Sequence record: SRR20825019_253
Length of the DNA: 39,498 bases
Direction: 5' to 3' (one strand)
Made by a program: the position numbers and the translations under genes. Of this stretch, positions 1-10,307 are shown one piece after another (the first letter of the stretch is position 1; every line of letters starts with the position of its first letter). The notes beneath the pieces were generated by a model that was not told where the DNA came from, did no database searches, and saw nothing but the letters and a program-made list of their open reading frames with translations.

Positions 1-1065
1 GGCCTCGATCTTGGAGAAATCCAGAATGTCGTTGATGATGGTCAGCAGTATTTCCGATGACTTGCGGATGGTGCTCAGGTGATCCCGCTGCTGGCGCGGT
101 AGCGGGCTTTTAAGCAGTAACTCGGTGAAGCCGATGATGCCGTTCAGCGGGGTGCGGATTTCATGGGACATGTTGGCCAGGAATTCCGATTTGATGCGGC
201 TGGCTTCCAGGGCTTCCTTGCGGGCGAAATCGAGTTCGATGTTCTGGATTTCGATGGTTTCCAGGGTTTCTCTCAGGTCTTCCGTGGCCTGGTCAATGTT
301 CTGCTGCATTTCCGCCTGGGCTTTGCTCAGTTCCCCGGCCATGGCGTTCAGGCCAGATTCCAATTGCTCGAATTCAGGGCCGGCGCGGGTATAGACCCGA
401 GTGTCCAGTTTGCCTTCCTTGAGTTTGGCCACCGCCTCATTGAGTTCAAAGACAGGATCGGTAAACGAGCGGCTCATGCGTAGCGCAATCATCAGGCTGA
501 GGAGTACGCCGCCTAAGACGAGCAACAGGGAAATCAGCAGTGCTTTATAGGTTTCCTTTTCGGTGCGTATGTGGGACATCTCCACGGTTACCCAGCCGAT
601 CGGTTTCTTGCCCGCCCCCACGTTCTGGCGGGAATCGGGGTCAAGCATGCTTTCGATCATCAGGTCCTGGAGATAGACCGGTGTCACGAAAACAGTACTG
701 TCGGCGCGGGTAACCCGTACCGCTTCTTCGCCGGTCAACGTGTCCTTGCCAATATCGTCGGAGCTGCCGGGGCCTGTGTGCAGCAGCCGGTTATGCTCGC
801 TGTCGAAGAAGGTAATCGAGCGCACATCCTGCTCTTCCAGAAGGGCGTTGGAGAGGCTGCTGAGCAGGCTTCTGTTGGCAGTGAACAGGCCGTATTCCGA
901 GCCGGCTGACAGCTGCCGCGAAAGCGACTCGCCACGATCCTGCAGGAGGCTTTCAATGTTGTTGACCCAGCTGTAGGTGAAGAAAAGCCCCAGCATCAAC
1001 GTGGTCAGAAGGGTGGGGACGAGTGTCACCACCAGTACTTTTTTGCGTATGCCCCAGCGCCGCAT
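1..1065 (-). CDS. gacS: GacS/BarA-type hybrid sensor histidine kinase, 5' part (runs off the left edge)
   Basis: Not in the ORF track because it has no stop in the window. Manual translation from ATG at 1065 gives [17 protein letters not shown] (TM), a second TM, the H-box [19 protein letters not shown] and ...[11 protein letters not shown] at the edge. It is divergent from cysM-rlmD-relA, the usual barA/gacS synteny. Confidence 0.9.
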   Translation of the reverse strand, partial: MRRWGIRKKVLVVTLVPTLLTTLMLGLFFTYSWVNNIESLLQDRGESLSRQLSAGSEYGLFTANRSLLSSLSNALLEEQDVRSITFFDSEHNRLLHTGPGSSDDIGKDTLTGEEAVRVTRADSTVFVTPVYLQDLMIESMLDPDSRQNVGAGKKPIGWVTVEMSHIRTEKETYKALLISLLLVLGGVLLSLMIALRMSRSFTDPVFELNEAVAKLKEGKLDTRVYTRAGPEFEQLESGLNAMAGELSKAQAEMQQNIDQATEDLRETLETIEIQNIELDFARKEALEASRIKSEFLANMSHEIRTPLNGIIGFTELLLKSPLPRQQRDHLSTIRKSSEILLTIINDILDFSKIEA

Positions 1066-1312
1066 AGTGAGTTCCCGATTGACGTCGCCGGCCTGATATC
1101 CGGCATTCTTCCCTGTCAGAATAGTTGATTCCACGCAGTCTGGCCGTGATGGCGTCCCCGGATATAGCCCACAGTCATGGATATAGCGAGAAGCTGTATT
1201 GGGAGACTGCGGATATTCCGCGTATCATGCGAACCCGGAGTGTATCACAGGCTTGTGTCGTCGGCGTTACCTGCTGGCGGCGGGTTCCGGAAGAATTGAG
1301 GAAGGTTACAAC

Positions 1313-2206
1313 ATGCATTTCCCGACCATTGAAGATTATGTAGGGCATACGCCTCTTGTGCGTCTGCAGCGACTTCCGGGCGAGACCAGCAATGTGATTC
1401 TGGCCAAGCTTGAGGGTAATAACCCCGCCGGTTCGGTGAAAGATCGTCCTGCTATCAGCATGATCCAGGAAGCAGAGCGCCGGGGTGAAATCAAACCAGG
1501 CGATACCCTGATCGAAGCCACCAGTGGAAATACCGGAATTGCCCTGGCGATGGCGGCTGCCATCAAGGGCTACCGTATGGTGCTGATCATGCCAGCGAAC
1601 ATGAGCGAGGAGCGTCGGGCGTCGATGCGCGCCTATGGGGCGGAGATTGTCACCGTCACCAAAGAGGAAGGCATGGAAACCGCCCGCGACCTGGCCCAAC
1701 AAATGGAGGCGGAAGGCAAGGGTAAAGTGCTGGATCAGTTTGCCAACCAGGACAACCCGCTGGCGCATTACCGCACCACCGGCCCGGAAATCTGGGAGCA
1801 GACGGCAGGGCGGGTTACGCATTTTGTCAGCTCCATGGGTACCACCGGAACCATCATGGGCGTGTCCAGGTATTTCAAGGAACGGAATCCCGATATCCAG
1901 ATTGTTGGCCTGCAGCCCCAGGAAGGAGCGTCTATCCCCGGTATCCGGCGCTGGCCGGAGCCGTACCTGCCGAAAATTTTTGATGCCACCCGTGTGGACA
2001 CGGTCATGGACATCGGCCAGCAGGAAGCTGAGGACACCATGCGTGCCCTGGCCAGCGAGGAAGGCATTTTCTGTGGTGTTTCATCAGGTGGCTCCATCGC
2101 TGCAGCCCTCAAGCTGTCGGCACAGGTTGAAAACGCGGTGATCGTGGCCATTATCTGTGACCGGGGTGATCGTTACCTTTCCACCGGTGTGTTTCCCGGT
2201 GCCTGA
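1313..2206 (+). CDS. cysM: Cysteine synthase B
   Basis: PLP-lysine motif NPAGSVKDR, plus ATSGNTG and GTTGT. Start moved to ATG 1313, which follows GAGGAAGG. Confidence 0.95.
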   Translation: MHFPTIEDYVGHTPLVRLQRLPGETSNVILAKLEGNNPAGSVKDRPAISMIQEAERRGEIKPGDTLIEATSGNTGIALAMAAAIKGYRMVLIMPANMSEERRASMRAYGAEIVTVTKEEGMETARDLAQQMEAEGKGKVLDQFANQDNPLAHYRTTGPEIWEQTAGRVTHFVSSMGTTGTIMGVSRYFKERNPDIQIVGLQPQEGASIPGIRRWPEPYLPKIFDATRVDTVMDIGQQEAEDTMRALASEEGIFCGVSSGGSIAAALKLSAQVENAVIVAIICDRGDRYLSTGVFPGA

Positions 2207-2242
2207 ACCCATCAAGACCTGAATCCAGTTAAGAGACTTTCT

Positions 2243-3580
2243 ATGAGTAGAAGACGCAGGAAGGCCCTGCCAAGCGAACCGGTGCGCTGTGTGATTGAAA
2301 CCCTCAGTCACGATGGCCGGGGCATCGCCCGGGACAACGGTAAGGCACAGTTCGTTGACGGCGCCCTGCCTGGCGAGACGGTCATGGCCAAATTTACCAG
2401 TACACGCAGCAAGTTCGATGAATTACGTGCTGTGGAAGTGCTTGAAGCCGACGACGCGCGTATGACTCCGCCCTGCGACTTTGCCGACCTGTGTGGTGGG
2501 TGTAGTCTTCAGCACATGAGTGGCGATGCCCAGATCCGGTTCAAGGAAGATACCCTGCGGGAGCATTTTGCCCATTTTGGGGGCATTGAACCGGACGAGT
2601 GGGTGGCGCCCATGCGTTCCCCGGCTCTGGGCTATCGTCGCAAGGCACGGCTGGGCGTGAAATACGTGCCAGCACGGGAATCGGTGCTGGTCGGGTTCCG
2701 AGAAAAGCGCAACAGTTTCCTGACCGATATTGATCGTTGCGTGGTGTTGGATCCGCGTATCGGCGATCGCATCACGCCGCTACGTGAACTTCTTCATGGC
2801 ATGGACGCCTATCGTCGCATACCGCAGGTGGAAGTCGCCTGCGGCGACGATTCGGCGGCGATGATATTCCGCAACATGGACCCGTTGAGCGATTCCGACA
2901 GGCAGTCGTTGATCGATTTCGGCCAGGCCCATGACTTGCATATCTATCTGCAACCGAAAGGGCCGGATACGGTTCACAGAATCTGGCCCGAGACCGGCGA
3001 AGAGCGACTGTCTTACGACATGGAGGAATTCGACCTGACCATGAAGTTCCATCCCATGGACTTTACCCAGGTCAATGTGGACATCAATCGCAACATGGTA
3101 CATCGGGCCGTCGAGTGGCTGGACATCCAGCCCGGTGAGCGGGTGTTGGACCTGTTTTGCGGACTGGGTAATTTCACCCTGCCGCTGGCTCGCCGTGCCG
3201 GGCAGGTGGTTGGAGTGGAAGGTGACGATGCCATGGTCGTCCGCGGGCGGGAAAATGCGGAACTCAACGGGCTATCGAATGTCGCATTCCACGGCGCTGA
3301 CTTGCAGGCGGATTTCACAGCACAACCGTGGGCAGCGGAAGGGTTTGACAAAATCCTGATTGATCCGCCGCGTTCCGGAGCCCAGGAGGTGTGTGAATAC
3401 CTGACAGCCTTTGGTGCGAAGCGAATTGTTTATGTTTCCTGTAACCCGGCCACGCTGGCCAGGGACGCAGGGGTGATGGTACGTAATGGTTATCGACTGG
3501 TGAGGGCGGGCGTTATGGACATGTTTCCCCACACCACTCATGTTGAATCCATGGCGATGTTCGAGCGCGTGGATAATTGA
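2243..3580 (+). CDS. rlmD: 23S rRNA (uracil-1939-C5)-methyltransferase
   Basis: N-terminal TRAM region, Fe-S motif C-x5-[26 protein letters not shown] and [10 protein letters not shown]. Lies upstream of relA. Confidence 0.95.
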   Translation: MSRRRRKALPSEPVRCVIETLSHDGRGIARDNGKAQFVDGALPGETVMAKFTSTRSKFDELRAVEVLEADDARMTPPCDFADLCGGCSLQHMSGDAQIRFKEDTLREHFAHFGGIEPDEWVAPMRSPALGYRRKARLGVKYVPARESVLVGFREKRNSFLTDIDRCVVLDPRIGDRITPLRELLHGMDAYRRIPQVEVACGDDSAAMIFRNMDPLSDSDRQSLIDFGQAHDLHIYLQPKGPDTVHRIWPETGEERLSYDMEEFDLTMKFHPMDFTQVNVDINRNMVHRAVEWLDIQPGERVLDLFCGLGNFTLPLARRAGQVVGVEGDDAMVVRGRENAELNGLSNVAFHGADLQADFTAQPWAAEGFDKILIDPPRSGAQEVCEYLTAFGAKRIVYVSCNPATLARDAGVMVRNGYRLVRAGVMDMFPHTTHVESMAMFERVDN

Positions 3581-3638
3581 TGCCTCTCGGGACCGGTCAG
3601 GGATGGCCGGATAAGCGACCAGGAAGAACAAGAGCGAT

Positions 3639-5876
3639 ATGGTAAAAGTTCGCGAAGACTATGCAGTGACGGGTGACGGCCAGGTTGATATCGAGCGTTG
3701 GGTCCGTCAGATCGAGTCACAGACGCATCTTGAGGATGCTGAACAGTTCCGGCGGGCCTGTGAAATGGCCGCCGCGATTGATGTCCAGGCGGTACGCGAG
3801 GACAGGGTCTGGGCCCCGGGGGCCAGCAGCTTCCGAACCGGCATCGAAATGGCTCAGGTACTGGTGGAACTGCACCTCGACCAGACCAGCCTGGTGGCAG
3901 CAATTCTCTACCGGGCAGTGCGGGAGGAACGGATTCCCCTGGAGGACATCCGCAAGGAGTTCGGCGATGAGGTGGCCGGGCTGATTGATGGTGTTCAGCA
4001 GATGGCGGCAATATCGTCCATCCATCACCCTCTTAAGGGTAATGTGCTGGGCCAGACCGAGGGCCAGCTCGATAACGTTCGCAAGATGCTGGTCACCATG
4101 ATCGACGACGTCCGGGTGGCGCTGATCAAGCTTGCAGAGCGGACCTGCGCCATTCGTGCGGTGAAAAACGCGTCTGAAGAGAAGCGCATGCGTGTGGCCC
4201 GCGAGGTGTTTGATATCTATGCGCCGTTGGCGCATCGACTGGGAATCGGTCACATCAAGTGGGAACTGGAAGATCTTTCGTTCCGCTACCTGCACGAAAC
4301 CGCTTACAAAAAGATCGCCAAGCTGCTCGATGAAAAACGGCTTGACCGCGAAAGCTACATCAAGCGTGTCATCACCACCATCAAGGACGAACTGGATGCG
4401 TCTGGAATAGACGGTGAGCTTTCAGGGCGTGCGAAGCACATCTACAGTATCTGGCGGAAGATGCGGCGCAAGGGCATCGACTTTTCTCAGGTGTACGATG
4501 TTCGGGCCGTCCGTATCCTGGTGCCTGAGGTCCGTGACTGTTACGCCGCGCTTGGTATCGTGCACACACTCTGGCGCCATATTCCCAACGAATTCGACGA
4601 CTACGTTGCCAATCCCAAGGAAAACGGGTATCAGTCCCTGCACACGGCTGTCATCGGCCCTGAAGGCAAGGTGATGGAAGTGCAGATCCGTACCCAGGCC
4701 ATGCATGAGGAAGCTGAGCTTGGCGTTTGTGCTCACTGGCTCTACAAAGGCATGGATAAGGGCAACCGGTCCGTGGGCTATGACGCCAAGATCAACTGGC
4801 TGCGCCAAGTGCTGGAGTGGCAGGAGGAACTCGGCGACCTGTCCGGGCTGGCGGATCATCTCAAATCCGATGTCGCCTCCGATCGGGTCTATGTGTTCAC
4901 GCCCGAAGGCCATGTGGTGGACCTGCCACAAGGCGCGACGCCGGTGGACTTCGCCTATCGTGTGCACACGGAAATCGGTCATGCCTGTCGCGGGGCCAAG
5001 GTTAATAGCCGTATCGTGCCGCTGACTTATCCGCTGAAGACCGGCGACCAGATATCCATTCTCACGTCCAATAACCAGGCGCCCAGCCGTGACTGGCTTA
5101 ACCCGAGCCTGGGCTATATCCAGACTTCCCGTGCCCGGGCCAAGGTTACCCACTGGTTCAAGCAACAGGACCGCGATCGCAACATTGTTGATGGTCGGGC
5201 CATTTTGGAAGACGAGTTCAAACGCCTGTCGCTGTACGAGGTGGACCTCAACGACCTGGCTCGCAAAGTGAATTACCAGGCTGCCGAGGACATGTATGCG
5301 GCAGTGGGGGCCGGGGATCTTCGACCCACCCACGTGGCTAACGTCGCCCAGCAGATGCTGGAGCCGAAATCCGAGCAACTGGATCTGAAGCTCAGCACAC
5401 AGAGGCGCAAGCCCTACGACACCGAATCGGATATCCAGATTCTGGGCGTTGGCAAGCTCAAGACCCAGGTGGCGAAATGCTGCAAACCCCTGCCGGGTGA
5501 TCCGATCGGTGGCTACATCACCGTCGGCCGTGGTGTCACCGTGCATCGGCAGGATTGCATCACCTTCCTGAATCTGAAGGAGTTCGAGCCCAATCGGATT
5601 ATCGAGGTGAGTTGGGGCGGTCAGCCTGTAGCCGTGTATCCCGTTGATGTAGAAATTGAAGCTTACGACCGCTCCGGGTTGTTGCGGGATATCACCCAGG
5701 TGCTGTCGTCTTCCAAAAGTGACGTTCTGGCACTCAATACCTTGTCCAACAAGGATGAGAACACAGCCACCATGACCGTTACCCTGGAAATTTCCAGCCT
5801 TGATCAGTTGGCCAAGTTGCTCGCCCAGATTCGCAATCTCCCCAACATCATTAATGTCAGGCGAAAGCGATCATGA
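3639..5876 (+). CDS. relA: (p)ppGpp synthetase RelA
   Basis: APLAHRLG, GRAKHIYSI, EFDDY..PKENGYQSLHT, TGS region (DFAYRVHTEIG), CCKPLPGD and a C-terminal ACT domain. The hydrolase HD motif is degenerate (AAILYR), as expected for RelA. Confidence 0.96.
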   Translation: MVKVREDYAVTGDGQVDIERWVRQIESQTHLEDAEQFRRACEMAAAIDVQAVREDRVWAPGASSFRTGIEMAQVLVELHLDQTSLVAAILYRAVREERIPLEDIRKEFGDEVAGLIDGVQQMAAISSIHHPLKGNVLGQTEGQLDNVRKMLVTMIDDVRVALIKLAERTCAIRAVKNASEEKRMRVAREVFDIYAPLAHRLGIGHIKWELEDLSFRYLHETAYKKIAKLLDEKRLDRESYIKRVITTIKDELDASGIDGELSGRAKHIYSIWRKMRRKGIDFSQVYDVRAVRILVPEVRDCYAALGIVHTLWRHIPNEFDDYVANPKENGYQSLHTAVIGPEGKVMEVQIRTQAMHEEAELGVCAHWLYKGMDKGNRSVGYDAKINWLRQVLEWQEELGDLSGLADHLKSDVASDRVYVFTPEGHVVDLPQGATPVDFAYRVHTEIGHACRGAKVNSRIVPLTYPLKTGDQISILTSNNQAPSRDWLNPSLGYIQTSRARAKVTHWFKQQDRDRNIVDGRAILEDEFKRLSLYEVDLNDLARKVNYQAAEDMYAAVGAGDLRPTHVANVAQQMLEPKSEQLDLKLSTQRRKPYDTESDIQILGVGKLKTQVAKCCKPLPGDPIGGYITVGRGVTVHRQDCITFLNLKEFEPNRIIEVSWGGQPVAVYPVDVEIEAYDRSGLLRDITQVLSSSKSDVLALNTLSNKDENTATMTVTLEISSLDQLAKLLAQIRNLPNIINVRRKRS

Positions 5877-6730
5877 GCTATTCCATTGACGATCTTAAAA
5901 CCTTGATGACACGGCTTCGGGACCCGGAGTCCGGGTGCCCGTGGGATACCCGCCAGAGCTATAAGACCATCGTGCCCCACACCATTGAAGAGGCCTACGA
6001 GGTTGCCGATGCCATCGACCGTGAAGACTACCCGCACCTGGAAGATGAACTGGGTGATCTGCTGTTTCAGGTGATCTTCTACAGCCAGATGGGGAAGGAA
6101 GATAACCACTTCGACTTCGACTCGGTGGTTGATAACCTCGTGCGCAAGCTGGTCCGGCGTCATCCCCACGTGTTCCCGGAAGGCACCCTGGAAAGCAGGA
6201 TCGATCCGAACAACCGGCCCAGTGAGGCTGATATCAAGGCGAGCTGGGAACGTATCAAGGCAGAGGAGCGGGCGGCGAAGCCGGAGGCGTCTGTGGAGAC
6301 TGCGCCATCAAGCCGGCTCGACGGCATTGCCCGGACGCTCCCCGCAATGGTGCGCGCTGAGAAACTTCAGCGCAGGGCCGCCAACCATGGCTTTGACTGG
6401 CCAGAGGTTGAGCCGGTCTTCGACAAGCTTCACGAAGAGATCGATGAGCTAAAGAAAGCCTGGTATGACGCGAGTTCCGGCGATGGTCCGGCGGAGGCGG
6501 TGGAGGACGAGCTGGGTGACCTGTTGTTTGTGTGCGTCAACCTGGCACGTTTCATGAAGGTTAATCCTGAGCAGGCCCTCAACAGCACGAATCACAAGTT
6601 TGAGATGCGATTCCGTGCTATTGAGGAGCACCTCGAACGCGAAGGCCGTGATCTTGATGGCGAATCGCTGGAGGCATTGGACGCCGTCTGGCAAGCCGTC
6701 AAAGGGGTTGAAAAGACTCGTAAAAGGTAA
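5873..6730 (+). CDS. mazG: Nucleoside triphosphate pyrophosphohydrolase MazG
   Basis: LRDPESGCPWD, EEAYEV, DELGDLLFQ, RRHPHVF and a second EDELGDLLF. ATGA overlap with relA. Confidence 0.95.
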   Translation: MSYSIDDLKTLMTRLRDPESGCPWDTRQSYKTIVPHTIEEAYEVADAIDREDYPHLEDELGDLLFQVIFYSQMGKEDNHFDFDSVVDNLVRKLVRRHPHVFPEGTLESRIDPNNRPSEADIKASWERIKAEERAAKPEASVETAPSSRLDGIARTLPAMVRAEKLQRRAANHGFDWPEVEPVFDKLHEEIDELKKAWYDASSGDGPAEAVEDELGDLLFVCVNLARFMKVNPEQALNSTNHKFEMRFRAIEEHLEREGRDLDGESLEALDAVWQAVKGVEKTRKR

Positions 6731-6759
6731 CGGATAAGTACAATCCGTTACCAAGTTTT
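6726..6759 (+). terminator. Hairpin over the mazG stop codon, probable terminator
   Basis: Perfect 10-bp stem GGTAACGGAT-N7-ATCCGTTACC followed by aagtttt. Confidence 0.6.
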
Positions 6760-6858
6760 CCGCCCCTGGTGCGGTCGCTTCGTCTACACTTCCGGTTAAG
6801 GATGCACACACTTTGTGCACCCTGTGGGCCACCAAGAAGATGCAGGAGTGAAGGCACC

Positions 6859-7203
6859 ATGAAAATCAAAGATCTGGTCAACTACTGGGACAAGCACGCA
6901 CGTGGTCGGCTGACCCGTGATGCGTATTTTGCCGACCTCTCTGACCAGCATCACAAGCGACTGGAAAAACTGGCCGCGTTGTATCCGATGAAGTCTTCCC
7001 AGGACCTGATGCGAGACCTGATTTCCGCTGCCCTTGATGAGCTGGAAACCAGCTTTCCGTACGTTCAGGGGTCTAAGGTTGTTGCGTTCGATGAAGACGG
7101 CTTCGAAATCTATGAAGATCAGGGGATGACCCCGCGCTTCATCAGTCTCAGCCAGAAGCATATCCAGCGGCTGAAGGCGCGCCAGCTCGAATCGGTTGCC
7201 TGA
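6859..7203 (+). CDS. Small conserved protein, probable ribbon-helix-helix-like fold (family often loosely labelled 'pilin assembly protein')
   Basis: MKIKDLVNYW...LAALYP...DLISAALDELETSFPYVQGSKVV. ATG 6859 follows AGGAG/GAAGG. Paralogous to 7287-7520. Confidence 0.75.
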   Translation: MKIKDLVNYWDKHARGRLTRDAYFADLSDQHHKRLEKLAALYPMKSSQDLMRDLISAALDELETSFPYVQGSKVVAFDEDGFEIYEDQGMTPRFISLSQKHIQRLKARQLESVA

Positions 7204-7247
7204 TCAGGCCAACGCCTGATTGATCGCGACGGCCCTGCGATACCCGA

Positions 7248-7268
7248 CGGGGTGGCTTCGCCACCCCG
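7248..7268. terminator. GC-rich hairpin between the convergent paralogues
   Basis: CGGGGTGGC-TTC-GCCACCCCG. A second hairpin ATCAGGC-CAAC-GCCTGAT lies at 7203-7220. No U-tract. Confidence 0.5.
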
Positions 7269-7286
7269 CAGAGAAGTGCCCCCGCT

Positions 7287-7520
7287 TTATTTATCCTTGC
7301 CTTCCAGCTTGTCCTTCAACGGGCTCAGCCTGACCAGGTCGTCCAACGCGGCGCCAATCATGTCATTCAGTATGTCGCTCTCTGAACGATCCGGGTAAAG
7401 CTCGGCCAGTGCTGCTATGCGCGCGGCATCTTCCAGCGGCAAGCGGAGATTGTAATCGTGGCTGCGCTCAACAGACTCTTTCTTGCTTTCCCAGTGCTTG
7501 GGCAGATCGGTTACTTTCAT
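7287..7520 (-). CDS. Short paralogue of 6859-7203 (RHH-like)
   Basis: MKVTDLPKHW...YNLRLPLEDAARIAALAELYP...DMIGAALDDL. Strong RBS AAGGAG. Confidence 0.8.
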   Translation of the reverse strand: MKVTDLPKHWESKKESVERSHDYNLRLPLEDAARIAALAELYPDRSESDILNDMIGAALDDLVRLSPLKDKLEGKDK

Positions 7521-7623
7521 GGATACTCCTTGCGGCGAAAGGCTTTAATCGTTAGAAAGGCTTTATAAGAGTAAACAGTATCGTTAGTTTACTTCGCCTC
7601 CGTCAATTTAAAAGGACGTCAAT

Positions 7624-10269
7624 GTGACTGAGCTACACCCTGACCTTCGAGAAAACGTTCGCATGCTGGGCGAGTTGCTAGGGCAGAGTATCCAGCGTCA
7701 CCCCGGGCAAGATTGCTACGAGTTGATAGAAGAAGTGCGGGCGGCTGCCAAGGCCGACCGTCGCCAGGAAAGCGGTTCCGGCCAGCGCCTGGTCAACCTG
7801 CTGGGCAAGCTTCGTGATGACGAGTTGCTGCCGGTAACCCGCGCCTTTAACCAGTTCCTGAACCTGGCCAATCTGGCGGAACAATACCACGGCATCCGCC
7901 GCAAGCGGGGTCATCAATCGGACCTGATGGTGGAATCCCTCGAAGAGGTGTTTGGCCGCCTCAAAGACGGTGGCGTCAGTGCCGATGAACTGCACAAGCG
8001 AGTGGCTGACCTTCGTATCGAGTACGTTCTGACAGCACATCCCACCGAAGTGGCCCGCCGTACGCTGATCATGAAGTACGACGAAATGTCCGATTGCCTG
8101 GCCCGACTGGATCATGAGGACCTGTTGCCCGCGGAGCGCGATGAAATCGTCGGACGCCTGTCGCAACTGGTCACCGAAGCCTGGCACACGGATGAGATTC
8201 GGCATGAGCGCCCGACGGCGGTTGACGAAGCCAAGTGGGGATTTGCCGTTATTGAGAACAGTCTGTGGCAGGCATTGCCGCGTTTTCTGAGAAGCCTGGA
8301 TCTATCGCTTTCAGACGCCACGGGGAAGGGGTTACCGCTGGACGCGTCGCCCATCCGGATCGCCTCCTGGATGGGCGGTGATCGCGATGGCAACCCCAAT
8401 GTAACCCATGAAGTAACCCGCAAGGTGTTCCTGCTGGGCCGCTGGATGGCAGCCGATCTCTACCTGCGGGACATCCAGTCCCTGCGTGCGGAATTGTCCA
8501 TGTGGCAGGCCAGTGATGAGCTGAGGGACGTCGTTGGTGATACCCGGGAGCCCTATCGCCAGGTGCTGGCCGGGCTGAGGGAGAAACTGATCAAAACCCG
8601 GGACTGGGCGGAAGCCAGGGTTGCCGGCGAGCCCTCTGACGCCACCGGCATTCTGTTTGCCAACGAGGACTTCACAGGGCCGTTGGAGCTTTGTTATCGG
8701 TCCCTGGTGGACTGCGGGTTGGAATCCATTGCCAATGGTCCGCTGCTGGACACCATTCGCCGCGCCCACACCTTTGGCTTGCCTCTGATTCGCCTGGACA
8801 TCCGCCAGGAGTCGACCCGTCATGCCGAGGCGGTTGCGGAAATGGTGGATTACCTGGGGCTGGGCGATTATCTGTCCTGGTCCGAACAGGAACGTCAGGA
8901 TTTCCTGGTGCGCGAACTCAAGGGGCGCCGGCCACTGATTCCCAGGCACTGGAAACCCTCCGACGAAGTCGCTGAGGTGCTGGCTACCTGCGAAGTGGTG
9001 GCAGAGCAGACGCCGGAAGCGCTGGGTTCCTATGTCATCTCCATGGCCAGCAAACCGTCGGATGTGCTGAACGTGATTTTGCTGCTACGTGAAGCGGGTA
9101 TGAAAAACCCGATGCGGGTAGTGCCCCTCTTTGAGACCCTGGATGACCTGCGCGGCGCCCCTGACAGTATGGCGGCGCTCTACAGCGTGGACTGGTATCG
9201 GGACTATTGCGAAGGCCGGCAGGAAGTCATGATCGGCTATTCCGATTCCTCCAAAGACGCTGGTCAGATGATGGCCGCGTGGGCTCAGTACCAGGCTCAG
9301 GAAAAGCTCACCGAGGTCGCCAATCAGTATGGCGTCCACCTCACGCTGTTTCATGGCCGCGGTGGCACCGTCGGCCGTGGTGGTGGCCCGGCCAACCGTG
9401 CAATCCTGTCTCAACCGCCAGGTTCGGTGAACGGCAGTTTCCGGATCACCGAGCAGGGCGAGATGATCCGCTTCAAGTTTGGCCTTCCCCGGCTGGCGGA
9501 ACAGAGCCTGACGCTGTACACCACGGCGGTGATTGAAGCCACCCTGGCGCCACCGCGAGGGCCAGAGCCGGAATGGCGGGAGGCTATGGACTGGCTCACC
9601 GAACGCTCCCTCAAAGCATACCGTGACGTGGTTCGGGAGAATCCGGACTTTGTTCCCTATTTCCGCCAGGTCACTCCGGAGCAGGCGCTGGGCAAGCTGG
9701 CCCTGGGTAGCCGCCCGGCACGACGCAAACCCGGCGGTGGAGTGGAAAGCCTGCGGGCCATTCCCTGGATTTTCGCGTGGACCCAGATGCGGATGATGCT
9801 GCCCAGCTGGCTGGGTAGCGACGTTGCCCTCGAGGAGGCATTTCACAACGACCGCGTGCCGGTGCTGCGGGAGATGATGCAGCAATGGCCGTTCTTCAAA
9901 ACCTACGTGGATATGCTGGAAATGGTGCTGGCAAAATCTGACCTGCGAATTGCCAGCTACTACGAAAAGACGTTGGTCGATGATCCAAAACTGCTTGAAC
10001 TCGGCAAGAACCTGCGGGAGCGCCTGCAGGGCTGCATCCGCCATTTGCTGGAATTGAAGCAGCAGGACACCTTACTGGAACAGGAACCTGTATTTGCCCA
10101 TTCCATGCGTGTACGTAATCCGTATACTGATCCGCTACACTATTTACAGGCGGAACTGCTCAAGCGTGACCGTGAGGGCGAGGGCAAGGGCGAAGTGCCC
10201 GAGATGGTTGAGCGCGCACTCAAGGTAACCATGGCCGGTATTGCGGCCGGCATGCGGAACACCGGCTAA
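7624..10269 (+). CDS. ppc: Phosphoenolpyruvate carboxylase
   Basis: VLTAHPTE, SWMGGDRDGNP, MIGYSDSSKDAG, FHGRGGTVGRGGGP, LRAIPWIF and C-terminal GMRNTG. GTG start. Confidence 0.97.
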   Translation: MTELHPDLRENVRMLGELLGQSIQRHPGQDCYELIEEVRAAAKADRRQESGSGQRLVNLLGKLRDDELLPVTRAFNQFLNLANLAEQYHGIRRKRGHQSDLMVESLEEVFGRLKDGGVSADELHKRVADLRIEYVLTAHPTEVARRTLIMKYDEMSDCLARLDHEDLLPAERDEIVGRLSQLVTEAWHTDEIRHERPTAVDEAKWGFAVIENSLWQALPRFLRSLDLSLSDATGKGLPLDASPIRIASWMGGDRDGNPNVTHEVTRKVFLLGRWMAADLYLRDIQSLRAELSMWQASDELRDVVGDTREPYRQVLAGLREKLIKTRDWAEARVAGEPSDATGILFANEDFTGPLELCYRSLVDCGLESIANGPLLDTIRRAHTFGLPLIRLDIRQESTRHAEAVAEMVDYLGLGDYLSWSEQERQDFLVRELKGRRPLIPRHWKPSDEVAEVLATCEVVAEQTPEALGSYVISMASKPSDVLNVILLLREAGMKNPMRVVPLFETLDDLRGAPDSMAALYSVDWYRDYCEGRQEVMIGYSDSSKDAGQMMAAWAQYQAQEKLTEVANQYGVHLTLFHGRGGTVGRGGGPANRAILSQPPGSVNGSFRITEQGEMIRFKFGLPRLAEQSLTLYTTAVIEATLAPPRGPEPEWREAMDWLTERSLKAYRDVVRENPDFVPYFRQVTPEQALGKLALGSRPARRKPGGGVESLRAIPWIFAWTQMRMMLPSWLGSDVALEEAFHNDRVPVLREMMQQWPFFKTYVDMLEMVLAKSDLRIASYYEKTLVDDPKLLELGKNLRERLQGCIRHLLELKQQDTLLEQEPVFAHSMRVRNPYTDPLHYLQAELLKRDREGEGKGEVPEMVERALKVTMAGIAAGMRNTG

Positions 10270-10307
10270 AGCAGGTTCAGCGGATCATAAAAAACAGGAG
10301 TAACGCC

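Noticed and set aside
125-976. Several short plus-strand ORFs
   Set aside because: They lie antisense to the gacS reading frame.
1199-1312. N-terminal extensions in the ORF track (cysM; also 6769, 17863, 21496, 33392, 34881)
   Set aside because: Downstream ATGs fit family starts and mostly have better RBSs.
3639-4200. Missing HD motif in RelA as a sign of decay
   Set aside because: Normal for monofunctional gammaproteobacterial RelA.
5873-7520. mazEF toxin-antitoxin or a MazG-based defence system
   Set aside because: relA abuts mazG directly with no mazEF. The MazG is the two-domain housekeeping type, and no toxin ORF is recognisable.
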